Assembly: GCA_964512925.1 (NCBI GenBank)
Contig: CAZEKH010000002.1
Coordinates: forward strand, 57,831-121,830
Direction: 5' to 3'
Source: an uncultured Candidatus Saccharibacteria bacterium
GTDB taxonomy: Bacteria > Patescibacteriota > Doudnabacteria > UBA920
DNA: 64,000 bases
In this document: positions 18,528 to 27,197 of the stretch, piece after piece
How positions within the stretch are numbered: the stretch's first letter is position 1
Layout: every line of letters starts with the position of its first letter
Notes under the pieces: model-generated
The model's input: only the letters and a program-made list of their open reading frames with translations
The model's database searches: none
What the model was told of the DNA's origin: nothing
Position numbers and translations under genes: made by a program

Positions 18528-19850
18528 CTAATAGTCTTTAAGCTTATGCACGCTGGTATGGTCGCGGATTTTTTCCAAAGCTTTGGACTCAATCTGCCTG
18601 ATGCGTTCGCGGGTTACCCCAAACTCTTCGCCCACTTCTTCCAAAGTATGAGTTACGCCGTCTTCAAGTCCAAAACGCATTTTTAATATCTTTTGCTCTC
18701 TGGGGTCCAGGTCGTGCATTATGCCCTGCACATACTCTTTCAAAATCTGCCGGCCTGCCATATCGTGGGGCTTGGCTGTGTCCTCGTCAACAATGAAATC
18801 CCCCAAAGAAGTATCTTCCCCTTCGTCTTCGCCTACGGGAGAATCTATGGATACCGTTTCCTGGGAAATCTTTTTTAAGTGGTAAACTTTTTCCACCTCT
18901 ATGCCCATCTCAGCAGCTATCTCTTCCGGCAAAGGTTCTCTGCCTAAATCCTGAACCAAGGACCTTTCAGCCTGGGCGTACTTATTTAAAGTTTCCACCA
19001 TATGCACCGGAATGCGGATGGTGCGGCTTTGGTCGGCTAAAGCGCGGGTGATAGCCTGCCTTATCCACCAGGTTGCATAAGTGGAAAATTTATAACCTTT
19101 AGTCCAATCAAATTTTTCTACTGCACGGAAAAGACCTAGGTTACCTTCTTGAATAAGATCCAAAAGTCCCAAATTTCTTCCCATATATTTTTTTGCAATG
19201 GAAACCACCAGCCTTAAGTTAGCTTCAGTCAATTTCTTCCTGGCTGCCACATCGCCCTTTTCCACTCTTTTTGCCAAATCAATTTCTTCCTCGCCAGTCA
19301 AAAGAGGCACCTTGCCTATCTCGCGCAAATACATCTGGATAGAGTCATCGTAAATGTCGCCCAAGTCAAAAGCCTCAGCCGTTTCTTCCTGTTGTTTCTT
19401 TTTTTTCTTGGCCGCGGCTTTGGCTTTGGAATCTTTCGGCTCCTCTTCCGGCTCGGCTTTTTTGTTCTGCTCCCAAACGCTGGCGACTTCCTGATCAACC
19501 ACTTCCACGCCGCGCTTGTCTAAGATGTCTAAAACTTTTTCCAAGGCTTCCACATTGTCTTCAAAATACGGAAAAGCGTGGAGGATCTCAGCTTCCGTGA
19601 CAAAACTCCGTTCAAAGCCCTTATCCAAAAGTTTTTGCGCCAATTTTTCCGCTTCCTCGGCTGAAAACTCGGGCAATTTGTTTTTGATTTTGATTTCAGA
19701 TTTTTTCTGCAGACGCCTCAAAATCGCCTTTTTTACACTCGGGTTTTTTTTGCCCGCAGTTTTTTTAAAGGTTTTTTTTGCCCGCAGTTTTTTTAAAGGT
19801 TTTTTTACCTTTGCACTTTTCTTGATTTTGCTGACTTTATGCTTTTTCAT
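18528..19850 (-). CDS. rpoD: RNA polymerase sigma factor RpoD (sigma-70) with Lys-rich N-terminal extension
   Basis: Regions 1.2-4.2 are present ([39 protein letters not shown], region-4 HTH). Adjacent to dnaG. Confidence 0.9.
   Translation of the reverse strand: MKKHKVSKIKKSAKVKKPLKKLRAKKTFKKTAGKKNPSVKKAILRRLQKKSEIKIKNKLPEFSAEEAEKLAQKLLDKGFERSFVTEAEILHAFPYFEDNVEALEKVLDILDKRGVEVVDQEVASVWEQNKKAEPEEEPKDSKAKAAAKKKKKQQEETAEAFDLGDIYDDSIQMYLREIGKVPLLTGEEEIDLAKRVEKGDVAARKKLTEANLRLVVSIAKKYMGRNLGLLDLIQEGNLGLFRAVEKFDWTKGYKFSTYATWWIRQAITRALADQSRTIRIPVHMVETLNKYAQAERSLVQDLGREPLPEEIAAEMGIEVEKVYHLKKISQETVSIDSPVGEDEGEDTSLGDFIVDEDTAKPHDMAGRQILKEYVQGIMHDLDPREQKILKMRFGLEDGVTHTLEEVGEEFGVTRERIRQIESKALEKIRDHTSVHKLKDY
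19743..19798. repeat. perfect 28-bp tandem duplication (2 copies) containing A8/A7 homopolymers inside the rpoD 5' coding region
   Basis: GTTTTTTTTGCCCGCAGTTTTTTTAAAG occurs twice head-to-tail. The two copies are read in different frames ([11 protein letters not shown] vs [10 protein letters not shown]). Confidence 0.7.
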
Positions 19851-21611
19851 TTAGGAGGATAAAAATTTTTCCCAAAAAATCCTTTTTCGGGAAATTTCTT
19901 CAAAATCTCTGCTTAATTTTGACAAACTTTCTGAATTCTTGCCTATTTCCGCCTGGCGGATCTCGCTTTGCAGCTTTTGCTGCTGCTTTTTAAAAGAATT
20001 TATGAGTAAAATGCCAAAAGCTCTTTTAAGTTCACGAAAAAAAATCTCCCTGTCCGTACTCTCTGCTAACATAGATTCTACCATAAATTCAGCCTCTTTG
20101 GCTAGTGCGCTGGAAGCGTCAAGCAAAACTTCCTTATCCTGAAAACCCGGAGCCAGTATTTCAGCGATGCGGGAGTCGGAAAAATCCCCTATCTTGCTTT
20201 CTTTATAAACCATTGCCCGAAAATCCGCATCCAGAAGCATTCCGCCCAAAATCTGCTTTTCCAAAGCCAAAACCCCTTCTGGCAGGCTGGTTTTAGGTTT
20301 ATTTTCCGGCTTTACCACACCGCCCCGGTTTTGTCTGACCAGCTCCCTGATGGTCCTGTCGGACACAGAAAATTTTTCCGACATTCTGCGGATATAATGA
20401 TCCTGCTCCAAAGCATCGCTGACATAAGCAAGTAGCGGCACCGTATGCTCGGTTAAGTAGTGCTTTTGTTCTACCGGGTCTTTAGGGAAAAGTTTTAAAG
20501 CAAAATCCATCTGCCAATCCAAAAACCAAACCGCTTCTGATACCGCCTTCTTCCAGAGGTTGGGACTTTTTTTTATGAGTTCGTCAGGGTCTTTGGCCGC
20601 GCCTAAGACCACCACTTTCAAACGGAAACCCTGCTTTAAAGCCAGCTCCCCGGCTTTTCTACAAGCCGCTTCGCCGGCCTGGTCTGAATCAAAACAAAAT
20701 TTTAAATTTTTACTAAGCGGCGAAAGCAAATTCAGCTGTTCTAAAGTCAAAGCCGTGCCGCTGCCGGCTACTACATTTTCAAACCCGGCCTGGTGCGCGG
20801 CTATACAGTCCATCTGCCCTTCCACCAAGACAGCCTCGTCATTTTTACGGATAGATTTTTTGGCAAAATTCAAACCAAACAAAATTTTACTCTTGTGGTA
20901 AATCAAACTTTCCGGCGAATTTATATATTTACCAGCTTTGCCGTCGTCCAAAGACGGCAGTATACGGGCGGAAAAACCCACAGCCTGGCCAAAAGAGTCA
21001 AAGATCGGAAAAGTGATGCGGCCGCGAAACCGGTCATACACCTGCCCGCGTTCGTTTTTAGTCAGCACCCCGGCCTGTATAGCCGCCTCAGGAAAAACTT
21101 TCTTTTTTTGCAAAGCCTGCTCTAAAGTATGAAAATCCGCTGGCGCAAAACCGACCTGCCATTTTTTTAAAGTTTCTTCCGCAAGTCCCCTTTTTTGCAA
21201 ATACTCCAAAGCCTCTTTGGCGCGCCTGTCTTCAAACAAAATTTTATGGTAAAATCTGGCGGCAAAGTCATTGATTTTGTTTAGCAGTTCTTTTTCGTCA
21301 CGGATTTTCGGATCCTGGGGCCTAAACTCCGGCAAAGTGACGCCGGCTTTTTGGGCTAAAATTTTCAAAGCTTCCTTAAAGTCCACATTTTCAAACTTCT
21401 CCACGAATTCAAAAATATCCCCGCCTTCCCCACAACCAAAACAGTGCCATACCTGGCGGGCAGGGTTAATATGGAAAGACGGCGTCCGTTCGTTATGAAA
21501 AGGACACAAAGCTTTAAAATTCGCCCCGGCTTTTTTCACCTGGATATACCCCCCTATCACATCCGCCACACTCAGCCGGTCTTTTATGTCTTGTACTGTT
21601 GAATCAGCCAT
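19851..21611 (-). CDS. dnaG: DNA primase DnaG
   Basis: CHC2 zinc finger (CPFHNERTPSFHINPARQVWHCFGCGEGGD) and TOPRIM (VLVEGQMDCIAAHQAG). Confidence 0.9.
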   Translation of the reverse strand: MADSTVQDIKDRLSVADVIGGYIQVKKAGANFKALCPFHNERTPSFHINPARQVWHCFGCGEGGDIFEFVEKFENVDFKEALKILAQKAGVTLPEFRPQDPKIRDEKELLNKINDFAARFYHKILFEDRRAKEALEYLQKRGLAEETLKKWQVGFAPADFHTLEQALQKKKVFPEAAIQAGVLTKNERGQVYDRFRGRITFPIFDSFGQAVGFSARILPSLDDGKAGKYINSPESLIYHKSKILFGLNFAKKSIRKNDEAVLVEGQMDCIAAHQAGFENVVAGSGTALTLEQLNLLSPLSKNLKFCFDSDQAGEAACRKAGELALKQGFRLKVVVLGAAKDPDELIKKSPNLWKKAVSEAVWFLDWQMDFALKLFPKDPVEQKHYLTEHTVPLLAYVSDALEQDHYIRRMSEKFSVSDRTIRELVRQNRGGVVKPENKPKTSLPEGVLALEKQILGGMLLDADFRAMVYKESKIGDFSDSRIAEILAPGFQDKEVLLDASSALAKEAEFMVESMLAESTDREIFFRELKRAFGILLINSFKKQQQKLQSEIRQAEIGKNSESLSKLSRDFEEISRKRIFWEKFLSS

Positions 21612-21715
21612 ACAATCTCAACCAATTATTCTAAGTTAATATTAGCTTTTTTGCAGCCTTCCCGCAACTGAAAATAGCCCAATATTGCTGGACGAAAACC
21701 CAAATAATTGATAAA

Positions 21716-23344
21716 CTAACTCTCAGTTATATCTGGAGAGATCGCATAGTGGTCGAGTGCGCTCGCTTGGAAAGCGAGTAAACCTTTACCGGTTTCGGGG
21801 GTTCGAATCCCCCTCTCTCCGCCAGATTTCCAAGTTTGAACCGAAGTGTTTGCAAGGCTTTTTGAGCCTTTAGACGGCTTCGGAGGTTCGATCTTGGAGA
21901 CTTGCAAGTCCATAAGAACATCAAAGACTGGCGTCCATATCGGCGTCAGTTTTTGATTCCTGACGACAAAACCCTCAAAGCAAAGCTTCATCAATGTACG
22001 CTTTTGGTGCAAACCACTCGTCTGGAATACTCTATCCGCATGATCAGTGAAGTCCAAAAGCTCGTTGAACTTTTGAACAAACTTGTCCGACTTTCCCTCG
22101 AGCTCTCCCAAGCGATCCTGATACATCTCTTTCTCTCGCAAGAGCTCGTCCTGAATCTTTATAAATACATCTGCGTCAATGATGCGTTTTGAACGATCCA
22201 CCACGATATTGCGGATCTGTTGCTGAAGCCTTATAAGCTCTTGCTTGAGACTTTTTCTCTCTTTATCCTCCTGATCCAAACGCTCTTTAGCGAAATATTG
22301 AAAATAAGAATCAAGTACCTTTTTGAATTTATCTGGAAGCTGTACTCGTCCGAGCATTACTGCAACCTGCGCCTCGACATCCTCCCAGCGCATATATTTC
22401 TTTTCTACACACTTGGGGTCTTTACGATGACTGCACGAATAATATAGATGGCCTTTTTGCATTTGACCACAAAGCATTGATCCGCAGTCACCACACCTCA
22501 TAAAACCAGCCATTGGATACGAGTGCTTTCGTGTGCGGTCGGCGTAGTGATTATGTTGCTCGATAATTTCTTGAACATCATCAAAAAGTTTTTTGGTTAC
22601 AAGAGGAGGAAAATTTGCCTGAGAAGTTGCTGAGCGAGTTTTAATAAGACCGTAATAGAGTGAATTTGCCAGTATATGCTCAAGAGTCTTACGGCCGACC
22701 AATTTGCCACTGCGAGTCTTTAAACCACGTTTATTGAGCTCTGCTGACAGAGATTCGTAGGAATACTTGCCGGAAGCATAAAGCTCAAAAGCCAACTTTA
22801 TATACGGAGCTCGAATATTATCGATTATAAGCGACTTAGACTTCTTATCATTTAAATAGCCTAAAGGTGCCACTCCCGGAAACCTGCCACGTTCTACAGC
22901 CTCTTTAAGACCTTTCTTGACCTCCCAGCTGATGTTCTGAGATGTCCATTGAGCGATTGACGACATGATGTTTTCAACAAGCTCACCGGAAAAGGATTCA
23001 TCAAATTGCTCGACTACTGAGATAAGGCGGACGTCATGCTTCTTTAGCATCATCTTGATAGCCGCGTAGTCGGCGACGTTACGGCACATACGGTCAAGCT
23101 TGTGGATTAGGATAACATCAACTTTATTGTCGGTCTTTGCTCGATGAAGCATTTTTTGAATCTGTGGACGTTCAACGGTTCGAGCTGATTCACCTTTTTC
23201 TTCATAAACGCCATCTGGTAGTAGATTCCAATGGTGATCCATGCCGTATTTTTGGCATGCTTTGACCTGTGCAGGAATACTCAATTCTCGTTCGGCCTGA
23301 CGAGAGGTAGAGACACGGCCGTAAATTAAATAATTTGTGCTCAT
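21716..23344 (-). CDS. large serine recombinase (phage integrase); annotated 3' end reads through tRNA-Ser
   Basis: N-terminal resolvase catalytic motif (LIYGRVSTSRQ), recombinase domain, Cys-rich zinc ribbon (CGDCGSMLCG...YYSCSHRK) and coiled coil. The last ~35 codons are antisense to the tRNA. Confidence 0.85.
   Translation of the reverse strand: MSTNYLIYGRVSTSRQAERELSIPAQVKACQKYGMDHHWNLLPDGVYEEKGESARTVERPQIQKMLHRAKTDNKVDVILIHKLDRMCRNVADYAAIKMMLKKHDVRLISVVEQFDESFSGELVENIMSSIAQWTSQNISWEVKKGLKEAVERGRFPGVAPLGYLNDKKSKSLIIDNIRAPYIKLAFELYASGKYSYESLSAELNKRGLKTRSGKLVGRKTLEHILANSLYYGLIKTRSATSQANFPPLVTKKLFDDVQEIIEQHNHYADRTRKHSYPMAGFMRCGDCGSMLCGQMQKGHLYYSCSHRKDPKCVEKKYMRWEDVEAQVAVMLGRVQLPDKFKKVLDSYFQYFAKERLDQEDKERKSLKQELIRLQQQIRNIVVDRSKRIIDADVFIKIQDELLREKEMYQDRLGELEGKSDKFVQKFNELLDFTDHADRVFQTSGLHQKRTLMKLCFEGFVVRNQKLTPIWTPVFDVLMDLQVSKIEPPKPSKGSKSLANTSVQTWKSGGERGIRTPETGKGLLAFQASALDHYAISPDITES
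21735..21824 (+). tRNA. tRNA-Ser (anticodon GGA), type II with long variable arm, CCA encoded
   Basis: Hand-folded: acceptor GGAGAGA/TCTCTCC, 3-bp D stem, anticodon stem CTCGC/GCGAG with loop TTGGAAA, variable arm AAACC..GGTTT, T-arm GGGGG-TTCGAAT-CCCCC, G-CCA. Confidence 0.85.
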
Positions 23345-23395
23345 AATTTTGTTTCTAAAAAGCGGCAGGGCTCTCGCATTGAGAGCCCTGTGTGG

Positions 23396-24121
23396 TTAGT
23401 ATTTTTTTAAGTGATAAATTAGCCGACCTATTATCTTGCTCTCCGTGAGACGATAGGTTTTTTTGAAGCCTTCCTTCTCCGGCCGGAGTTCCAAATGATC
23501 TCCTCGTTCGAAATAGTGGGTCATGATTATTCCGTCTGGAGTACCCACTATTGTGATATCGCCGTTCTTCGGCGGCTGGTCGGCATCAAGGATTATAAAG
23601 TCGCCGGAAAGAATGCCTGCGTCCGGCAGATCAAGATCGGTGACTCGGATTCCGAACACCCGATGCTCAACTGGAAAGTTTTCGTGCGGTAGCATGACGA
23701 ACTCGTTGGTCATGCTCAGATGATCATCGAGATTGTCTATCGGAATCGCCACGAGCACCGGCAGTTTAAAATGTCCTTCGACCGAAAAAGTATTTTTCAA
23801 ATCTTCCAACCCCTGTTCCAATTTGGCGGTTGCCTCATGCATCCGCTTCTCGCCGACATCTTTCATGTTGAACTTATAGTTGGTGTCCATGCTGACCTTG
23901 AGGATCTTGGCCTCGGTCCAACGTTTCTTCAAATCGGCCTCCGGCAGATCATAAGCCGTGGCCAAAATCGACATTTGCTTTGCTGACGGGACACGTGTCC
24001 CGTTCTCCAGCTGGCTGACATAGCTCGACGAAAAGCCGAGCCGCTCGGCTACCTCCTTGATCGTCCGACCACTGGTCTCACGTTTTTGTCTCAGATACGA
24101 ACCAAATGACATAAATGGCAT
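23396..24121 (-). CDS. CI-like repressor (XRE HTH + S24 LexA-like peptidase domain)
   Basis: N-terminal HTH (TIKEVAERLGFSSSYVSQLENG). C-terminal S24-like region (GDFIILD...GDITIV). Confidence 0.8.
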   Translation of the reverse strand: MPFMSFGSYLRQKRETSGRTIKEVAERLGFSSSYVSQLENGTRVPSAKQMSILATAYDLPEADLKKRWTEAKILKVSMDTNYKFNMKDVGEKRMHEATAKLEQGLEDLKNTFSVEGHFKLPVLVAIPIDNLDDHLSMTNEFVMLPHENFPVEHRVFGIRVTDLDLPDAGILSGDFIILDADQPPKNGDITIVGTPDGIIMTHYFERGDHLELRPEKEGFKKTYRLTESKIIGRLIYHLKKY

Positions 24122-24130
24122 ATTTTTATT

Positions 24131-24251
24131 AGTTAAGGTTATTAATTGCTTAACTCCAGTTTAGTATACAGTAGCAAAATTGTAAAGATTAAGCAACTTT
24201 GCTTATCCACACCCCCAAATATTGACCAAGTAAGCAAAATTGCTTAATATG
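24131..24251. promoter_or_regulatory. cI/cro divergent control region: two 16-bp palindromic operators (TAAGCAA-NN-TTGCTTA), a third imperfect copy, and a TTGACC-N17-TAATAT promoter for cro
   Basis: Operators at 24190..24205 and 24231..24246. Imperfect copy around 24131..24157. -35 at 24223..24228 and -10 at 24246..24251, with the cro ATG at 24279. Confidence 0.6.
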
Positions 24252-24278
24252 ACTGTAGAGGTCTATTAGCTAATAAAT

Positions 24279-24485
24279 ATGAAAACAACACCAACGAATG
24301 TAAGGCTGAGAGATCTTCGGATCAAGAAAGGGCTGACTCAATATCAGCTCGCTCGGATTCTTGGGTTTCGGCACAACACGGCGATCAGCCGGTACGAGAT
24401 CGGCCGCAAGCGTCCGAATCTCGAAACTGCCCAGCGGATCGCCCTTGCGCTGGGGGCAAAAGTTGAGGACATCTTTTTGCCATAG
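24279..24485 (+). CDS. Cro-like XRE-family HTH regulator
   Basis: 68 aa with HTH (LTQYQLARILGFRHNTAISRYE). Divergent from the repressor. Confidence 0.7.
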   Translation: MKTTPTNVRLRDLRIKKGLTQYQLARILGFRHNTAISRYEIGRKRPNLETAQRIALALGAKVEDIFLP

Positions 24486-24542
24486 CCCTAAGGCGTACGG
24501 AGTCAAAAAAGTGTGAGGTCACTCTTATGAACCGCAACGCAC

Positions 24543-24821
24543 ATGTCACAACCAACGAAGGACGAGGAAGCTCTTGTCGAGCTTACCAAGAATGCTCTCG
24601 CCGATGTCCTTGGCCGAGAACCTACCAAGCAAGAGGTTTGGCGTGTTCATGCAGGATTCAAGCGCATGGCATTCATGCTCTTGGATCACTTAGATCACAT
24701 CAAAAAGTATGACGATGAGAATCCTGACCAAAAGAATCTTCCAGAGGATCTGGAAACGGATCACGAGGAAGCCGCCGACCCGGAGAGAACTCTTGGCGAG
24801 GAGGGAGAGCTTGCTGAGTAA
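24543..24821 (+). CDS. hypothetical acidic early protein
   Basis: ORF follows cro. An overlapping alternative frame (24709..24921) exists. Confidence 0.35.
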   Translation: MSQPTKDEEALVELTKNALADVLGREPTKQEVWRVHAGFKRMAFMLLDHLDHIKKYDDENPDQKNLPEDLETDHEEAADPERTLGEEGELAE

Positions 24822-24943
24822 TTTTGCAATCCGCGAATTGGAGAATCCAAGAATACGGCGTGATTTTTGTAGAGCGATGGACAACATCGATCGGGCTTTG
24901 CCCAAATCCAGAGAGTGGTAGATAGCGCCTTACTCTCCCCTCA

Positions 24944-25549
24944 ATGGCGCCAGACGTGAAGGGAGGAATAAGGTGCGATCTTGAGGTCGATCCACCTTTT
25001 TATTCGTTGTCCATGCCGGATGAAAAAATAAAAGTCAGAGATTTAAGAAATGGCGATTGGTACTGGGTCAGCAAAGTGCTTCTCGATGAGTACGGCGACC
25101 GACTCAAGCCGATCGGCATTGCGATTTATAACTGCCTGGCGGCTCATGCTAATCAGGAGGGTTTTTGTTTTCCGTCTCATGGCTACATCGCCAAGAAAAT
25201 CGGTGCGAGCATCTCAAGCGTCCAACGTGGCATTCGGGATCTCATCAAACTGGAGATCATCCGCAAGAGCCGCCAGCGATATCACAATGTGTATTACCTG
25301 TTGAAAATAGATAGGTCATATAGACCGAACTCAAACGAGACCGGTCAGGCAGACCGGCAGTTCGGTCACACAGACCGGTCAGATCAGTCAGCCGGAACTA
25401 CTAACAAGAATAAAGAAAAAGAATTAATTAATAAGAAATCCGGATTTTATAAAAAAACTGGGGATAACTTAAAAGAAATGAAAGCTCTGCTCGTTGAAAA
25501 AATGTCGATACCGGGTCCGAGAATAAGATCGCCGCTTGATGACACCTAA
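24944..25549 (+). CDS. winged-helix DNA-binding protein (possible phage replication/regulatory protein)
   Basis: GYIAKKIGASISSVQRGIRDLIKLEIIRK is a winged-helix-type HTH. Location in the early region. Confidence 0.5.
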   Translation: MAPDVKGGIRCDLEVDPPFYSLSMPDEKIKVRDLRNGDWYWVSKVLLDEYGDRLKPIGIAIYNCLAAHANQEGFCFPSHGYIAKKIGASISSVQRGIRDLIKLEIIRKSRQRYHNVYYLLKIDRSYRPNSNETGQADRQFGHTDRSDQSAGTTNKNKEKELINKKSGFYKKTGDNLKEMKALLVEKMSIPGPRIRSPLDDT

Positions 25550-25691
25550 TCCTGAATTTGCCGGTTCGGGAGTAGTCGAACCTGAACTGCAAATCTTATT
25601 CATTAATCCCTCTATGATGAGGATCGAGGATTTCTGAAGCCGAACATTTTTGTGAGCGACACCCAGAAGCCTCTTGCACAACTAAAACAGT

Positions 25692-25991
25692 ATGGATAAA
25701 GAGGAGTACAACGTAGGAAATTGTCCCCATTGCACGAAAATTATTTTTCGCGATGGTAAATTTAATTCCGAAGCCACGTTCACAACAAGGTGTCCTCACT
25801 GCCAGAAACCTCTCAAGGTGACAATAAGGAAAAGGATAGAGATTATCATCGTGCCACTCGAGCCAAAGCCGGGATGCAAGATCGACAAGAAAATAACCGG
25901 CGGTCTCATCGTTCTGATCGTAGTTCTTTATTTGCCTCCGCTGATCAGCTTTTTGAACGATGCATCCGACATATTGGACGCATTGACCTGA
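25692..25991 (+). CDS. small zinc-ribbon protein with C-terminal TM helix
   Basis: CPHC...CPHC pair plus hydrophobic C-terminus. The overlapping minus ORF 25596..26099 looks like antisense. Confidence 0.4.
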   Translation: MDKEEYNVGNCPHCTKIIFRDGKFNSEATFTTRCPHCQKPLKVTIRKRIEIIIVPLEPKPGCKIDKKITGGLIVLIVVLYLPPLISFLNDASDILDALT

Positions 25992-26215
25992 CGGACAACG
26001 GTTCTTCGAAATCAAGAACAAAAAGGAGCCAGAAAAGCCCCTTTTTGCCATTTGTTTGCCCCTTGGGCGAGCTTTGTGACCCGGGCCAGAGATTTGCACC
26101 AGTTGCCCGACAATTTTACATATTTGACCGAGGTTGATAGATCGTGCCAGTTTTTATTAAAAAAAGATAAACATCCGCTGGACTTGTTCCGAGGGTAAGC
26201 ATATGTTCGTGTTGT

Positions 26216-26530
26216 ATGCTCGACTTTGACCACGATGACATCCAAGCAGTGATCAAGGCCGCCAAAGACGTGCGGCCAAAGTATCACGGTTGGATCGCAA
26301 ATCCAATATCTTCGCTTCCCGAACCGAAAGCAAAACTAAAAGCCGCCATAAAAGAACGGATCAGACTTTTAGCTGGATCATATATTGCACTTGCTGGATT
26401 CGTAGACGATGACGACTTGAAAGCGGCCGAGGACAATCCGGAAAAGACAAAAGTTATCTATCAGAAAATCCTCGAGGACATGGAAAAAGCACAGAAAGAA
26501 ATGCGGGAATTTAAAATAATAGATTTATAA
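26216..26530 (+). CDS. hypothetical protein
   Basis: 104-aa ORF with balanced composition. No known motif. Confidence 0.4.
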   Translation: MLDFDHDDIQAVIKAAKDVRPKYHGWIANPISSLPEPKAKLKAAIKERIRLLAGSYIALAGFVDDDDLKAAEDNPEKTKVIYQKILEDMEKAQKEMREFKIIDL

Positions 26531-26538
26531 AAAGAAAG

Positions 26539-26577
26539 AACCCCCGGTCAGCTTCCGTAGAAGCCGAACCGGGGGTT
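26539..26577 (-). terminator. GC-rich hairpin terminator closing the minus-strand ARC-like cassette (bidirectional context)
   Basis: AACCCCCGGTCAGCTTC-CGTAG-AAGCCGAACCGGGGGTT with a T-rich tract on the minus-strand side. Confidence 0.55.
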
Positions 26578-26591
26578 GTTGATTGAAAGAA

Positions 26592-27005
26592 CTACTGTTG
26601 TAACTCCTTGATGGTCGTGTCCTGCTCGATGAGCTTTTCTCTCGCTTTTTCGAGCGCGGCCCGCAGGAGATCTGCCTCGTCATTGTTCTCAATGATCAAT
26701 CCTTGGAAGGATCGATAGACAACGAACGAAACAGGCATTGCGAGGGCGACGATGGCGAAAGCGGACAGTACGAGGTCAAGCGGCCACCACCATTGAATAA
26801 TCCTCGGCTGGTAGCATGCTACCAGTGCGAAGCTCACCCAATGACTCATGCAGTACGGGCAAGTGAACAGCTTTCCGAGCCATTCATTGCGTTCTCGTAT
26901 CCACTCGCGCAGATACTGGAACACACTTGCTCTTGTGATGGTAAGCGAGATGACGGCGACTGGCAGTGACAGGAGAAGCACCACCAAAAGCGACTGTGTA
27001 TTCAT
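26592..27005 (-). CDS. small 3-TM membrane protein with CPYC motif
   Basis: Start set at the ATG after TAAGGAGG (MNTQSLL...). FTCPYCMSHW sits between TM1 and TM2. Last gene of the coupled cassette. Confidence 0.5.
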   Translation of the reverse strand: MNTQSLLVVLLLSLPVAVISLTITRASVFQYLREWIRERNEWLGKLFTCPYCMSHWVSFALVACYQPRIIQWWWPLDLVLSAFAIVALAMPVSFVVYRSFQGLIIENNDEADLLRAALEKAREKLIEQDTTIKELQQ

Positions 27006-27016
27006 GGCGTTCCTCC

Positions 27017-27187
27017 TTAACACCCACACTGCTTGCGCGGCGTGGTTTTTTGTAGGAGCTTGTCGATCTCATTCAAGAGATCTCCAACCTCCGGGACTTC
27101 AGCCTTCCGATCCTTCAGCTCGAGCGGAGTGTTGCCGTTGCCGTTGGTCGGACGCTGTGTTTTCGGTTTTTTCTGATCGAATTGCAT
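27017..27187 (-). CDS. 56-aa protein with Pup-like Mpa-binding helix motif (EVGDLLNEIDKLLQK), C-terminus ...RKQCGC
   Basis: ATG preceded by AAGGAGG, 10 nt after the AAA gene stop. DLLNEIDKLL resembles Pup DDLLDEIDDVL. It lacks the GGQ/GGE end. Confidence 0.45.
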   Translation of the reverse strand: MQFDQKKPKTQRPTNGNGNTPLELKDRKAEVPEVGDLLNEIDKLLQKTTPRKQCGC

Positions 27188-27197
27188 AGCGTCCTCC

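Noticed and set aside
21612-21734. Searched for attL/attR direct repeats (a copy of the tRNA-Ser 3' end) at the right prophage boundary (around 60020-60400)
   Set aside because: Only a 6-7-nt match (..CCGCCA) was found. Serine integrases use a 2-bp crossover without target duplication, so absence is expected. Boundaries are left approximate.
25596-26099. 167-aa minus-strand ORF in the prophage early region
   Set aside because: Poor composition and opposite to the local gene orientation. The overlapping plus-strand zinc-ribbon ORF is more plausible.
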